Below, in pieces: positions 28,697 to 32,000 of a stretch of 32,000 nt of DNA. Each line of letters starts with the position of its first letter. The stretch's first letter is position 1. The notes under the pieces are model-generated. The model worked only from the letters and a program-made list of their open reading frames with translations, was not told where the DNA came from and made no database searches. This stretch comes from Bacillus subtilis subsp. subtilis str. 168 (GTDB lineage Bacteria; Bacillota; Bacilli; Bacillales; Bacillaceae), in NCBI RefSeq assembly GCF_000009045.1, contig NC_000964.3, positions 2,580,001-2,612,000 of the forward strand, written 5' to 3'. The translations under genes were made by a program, and so were the position numbers.

Positions 28697-28902
28697 AAAA
28701 AACTCCCGTCTCTATGCTTGCCAGCCGCAAACATAGGGACGAGAGTTCTCCCGCGGTTCCACCCTAGTTGCTGAGAACAAAATCCCAGCCTCTTTTTTAA
28801 AATTGCTCAAGAATGCCTTTCGTTGCGTGCTCATCCTTAGCTTACACCGCCCTAAGGTCGCTTTCATGAGGTAAACGCAAGTACTTCTTTCTCTCACTGC
28901 AA
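28697..28902 (-). promoter_or_regulatory. glyQS T-box riboswitch (tRNA-Gly sensing leader with GGC specifier)
   Basis: Read on the minus strand. Stem I begins UUGCAGUGAGAG... with a GA/K-turn motif. The specifier loop is GAAAGGCA, with the GGC Gly codon at 28817-28815. The conserved T-box is AACUAGGGUGGAACCGCGGGAG (28769-28748). The terminator is CUCUCGUCCCUAUG...CAUAGAGACGGGAG plus U6 (28745-28697). Confidence 0.92.
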
Positions 28903-28920
28903 CATATTTTATAATAAATG

Positions 28921-28949
28921 ATCATATAAAAAGATGGACCAAATGTCAA
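28921..28949 (-). promoter_or_regulatory. glyQS sigma-A promoter
   Basis: The minus strand has TTGACA (28949-28944), a 17-nt spacer, then TATGAT (28926-28921). The -35 hexamer overlaps the recO stop codon (28948-28946). Confidence 0.7.
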
Positions 28950-29713
28950 CTTTTGTTTTCACCCATAAGATGTTTCATGCTTTCCATTTGATCTAAAAAG
29001 CGCTTTGATTTTAAATACAATCCCGAATATTCTTCGTAATATAAATCAATCACTTGCTTTAATTCAGCTTTTGTTTCCTCTTTTAAGGACACATTGCCGA
29101 GTCTCGACAGATCAAAATAGTAAAAGAGCCTTAACAGCCTTGCCGTTTGCGGTTTAATCGGTATCCTGTAAGGATCTTTTTCAAAACAGCGGTGGCATAT
29201 AAAACCATTATCACGAACAGAGAAATGAAAGGTTCCGTCTTGGCTTTTACAATGTACACAATGATTCAGCTCAGGATACAGGCCCATGACACCGAGCATC
29301 TTCATTTGAACAATGAAGGTGATAACATCCGGATCTGTTCCTTCATTCAACTGTTTTAATGATTCTAATATGAATTCAAATAAATAAGGATTTGGCTTTT
29401 TTTCTTCTGTGCCTCTGTCGACTAACTCAGCAACATAGGCAGCATATGCTGTTAAAAACAAGTCTTCCCTGATGCCTCTCATGCTGAGGATCATTTCCCC
29501 CTGCTGAAGCGTTCCGAGGCCCGATGTTTTTTGCATTAAGAAAGAACCATACAAAAAGGGCTGGCTGACTGCTGATAAACGGCTGTTCGGTTTTTTGGCG
29601 CCTCGTGCCATAACACCTATTTTTCCGTGTTCTCTTGTCAGTAATGTTACGATTTTATTCGTCTCTCCGTAATCATTTGTGCGAAGAACGATCCCTTCAC
29701 ATTTTGTCAGCAT
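28946..29713 (-). CDS. recO: DNA repair / recombination mediator RecO
   Basis: 255 aa. Has an N-terminal OB fold ([41 protein letters not shown]) and the zinc motif CVHC...CHRC. RBS GAGGAAGGTG. Confidence 0.95.
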   Translation of the reverse strand: MLTKCEGIVLRTNDYGETNKIVTLLTREHGKIGVMARGAKKPNSRLSAVSQPFLYGSFLMQKTSGLGTLQQGEMILSMRGIREDLFLTAYAAYVAELVDRGTEEKKPNPYLFEFILESLKQLNEGTDPDVITFIVQMKMLGVMGLYPELNHCVHCKSQDGTFHFSVRDNGFICHRCFEKDPYRIPIKPQTARLLRLFYYFDLSRLGNVSLKEETKAELKQVIDLYYEEYSGLYLKSKRFLDQMESMKHLMGENKS

Positions 29714-29749
29714 TTCCGCACCTTCCTCAAGCAGGAGCGGCCAAGAGGT

Positions 29750-29893
29750 TTATAAAATTGGATAATCAAATCGGGCTAGCTCATCTTCTAGTTCTTCGGG
29801 TCTTTCCATGTTCTCTTTTTCCAGTTCTTTAAAAAGAAGATACGTATCAACATTTCCTGTTTGAGAAAATACGTTCCAGGTAAAATTCAACAC
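29750..29893 (-). CDS. yqzL: Small conserved protein YqzL (47 aa), unknown function
   Basis: Not in the ORF track because it is under 60 aa. GTG at 29893 lies 7 nt after AAAGGTGG. The translation is (M)LNFTWNVFSQTGNVDTYLLFKELEKENMERPEELEDELARFDYPIL with a TAA stop at 29752-29750. It ends 36 nt before recO, at the position of yqzL in B. subtilis. Confidence 0.7.
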   Translation of the reverse strand: MLNFTWNVFSQTGNVDTYLLFKELEKENMERPEELEDELARFDYPIL

Positions 29894-30040
29894 AAGAAAC
29901 CCACCTTTCTGTAGTTAAACTAGCTTACCTAAACTCCAAATTCTTACCTTTATCTTGACCAGATGTCCTCCATTTCATGTTAAACAAAATTTGCTAATGT
30001 ATCCCTGTTCCTGTGAGATAATGACACACACGGGAAGAGA

Positions 30041-31352
<1,312 letters not shown>

Positions 31353-31455
31353 TTACCTATAATGGTACCGCTATCACTTTATATTTTACATAATCGCGCG
31401 CTTTTTTTCACGCCCATTTCTAAAAATGTAAAATAAATGTAAGAATTTTCAGCCA

Positions 31456-31827
31456 TTACAGCTTTGGCAAAAAAATAAGTAAACCAATGATACACGAAAT
31501 CACGGCAAAAACGCAAACAGCCCCGGCGGCAGCGTCCTTGGCCGCTTTAGCAAGAGGGTGATGTTTGTCAGTTATTAAATCAACCGTATGTTCAATGGCT
31601 GTATTTAAAAGTTCAAGCGAAAACATACCACCTATCAAAAGGAATATAATCATCCACTCAATAATGCTGAGCTCTACAAGGAAGCCGCAAATGAGAACAG
31701 CGCAGGCGGCTGCGGCATGAAATTGGAAATTCCGCTCCGTCCGCGCTGTTTCCCATATGCCCCGGCCTGCATGCACGAAGCTTTTGAAGAATCGATTCAG
31801 CTCATTTCTATGATCTTTTGAGTCCAT
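31456..31827 (-). CDS. dgkA: Undecaprenol kinase (DgkA family)
   Basis: 123 aa. A three-TM DAGK_prokar-type protein ([14 protein letters not shown]..., [11 protein letters not shown]). Its ATG overlaps the ybeY 3' end by 20 nt. Confidence 0.9.
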   Translation of the reverse strand: MDSKDHRNELNRFFKSFVHAGRGIWETARTERNFQFHAAAACAVLICGFLVELSIIEWMIIFLLIGGMFSLELLNTAIEHTVDLITDKHHPLAKAAKDAAAGAVCVFAVISCIIGLLIFLPKL

Positions 31828-32000
31828 AAGCGTCCAGCAATTCCTTTTGCTTAGTAAACATCTCCTCTTCTTCCTCTTTCGTCATATGGTCATATCCTAA
31901 AAGGTGCAGAAATCCGTGTACAGCTAGAAATCCGAGCTCTCTTTTAAAAGAATGATTATACTCCTCTGCCTGCTCTCTTGTGCGATCGGCACTGATGATA
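31808..32000 (-). CDS. ybeY: Endoribonuclease YbeY (C-terminal ~63 codons; the 5' part lies beyond the window edge)
   Basis: The minus-strand frame reads ...[63 protein letters not shown] with stop TAG at 31810-31808. It contains the zinc motif HGxLHLxGYDH. Confidence 0.88.
   Translation of the reverse strand, partial: IISADRTREQAEEYNHSFKRELGFLAVHGFLHLLGYDHMTKEEEEEMFTKQKELLDAYGLKRS

Overview
The window reads as a contiguous, gene-dense stretch of a Bacillus subtilis (168-like) chromosome. It runs from the pst phosphate-transport operon to the ybeY-dgkA-cdd-era-recO cluster. Gene order in window orientation: pstC(5' part)-pstS-pbpA-yqgE-sodA-yqgC / yqgB-yqgA-yqfZ-ispG-yqfX-yqfW-zur-yqfU-yqfT-nfo-cshB-yqfQ-ispH-yqfO-trmK-cccA-sigA-dnaG-yqxD-yqfL-ccpN-glyS-glyQ (with its T-box leader)-recO-yqzL-era-cdd-dgkA-ybeY(3' part). 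The identification rests on my recognition of the translated proteins, catalytic motifs and synteny. No database search was possible. I call 35 protein-coding genes, two of them cut by the window edges and one (yqzL, 47 aa) below the ORF-track size cut-off. I also call one T-box riboswitch, a set of intrinsic terminators, and several promoter or operator sites readable by eye (PhoP boxes at pstS, a cre at cccA, the glyQS promoter). Several ORF-track starts are upstream over-extensions, and I moved them to the start codon with a proper Shine-Dalgarno (pbpA, yqgC, ispG, yqfX, yqfW, cshB, ispH, sigA, yqxD, ccpN, glyQ). I see no rRNA, tRNA, CRISPR array, transposase, integrase, phage gene or recognisable defence or toxin-antitoxin gene. 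All long antisense ORFs in the track look like shadows of the real genes. This is ordinary core-genome housekeeping DNA, and I find no convincing evidence for a novel multi-gene system. The items worth a second look are modest. (1) Promoter-then-terminator arrangements lie in the leaders of ispH and zur. (2) An unusually long, about 26% GC, ORF-free spacer and AT-rich pocket surrounds the orphan secreted protein gene yqgA. (3) yqfQ encodes a low-complexity protein. (4) yqzL, yqfO, yqgB and yqgC are conserved genes of unknown function. (5) The glyQS promoter overlaps the recO stop codon.
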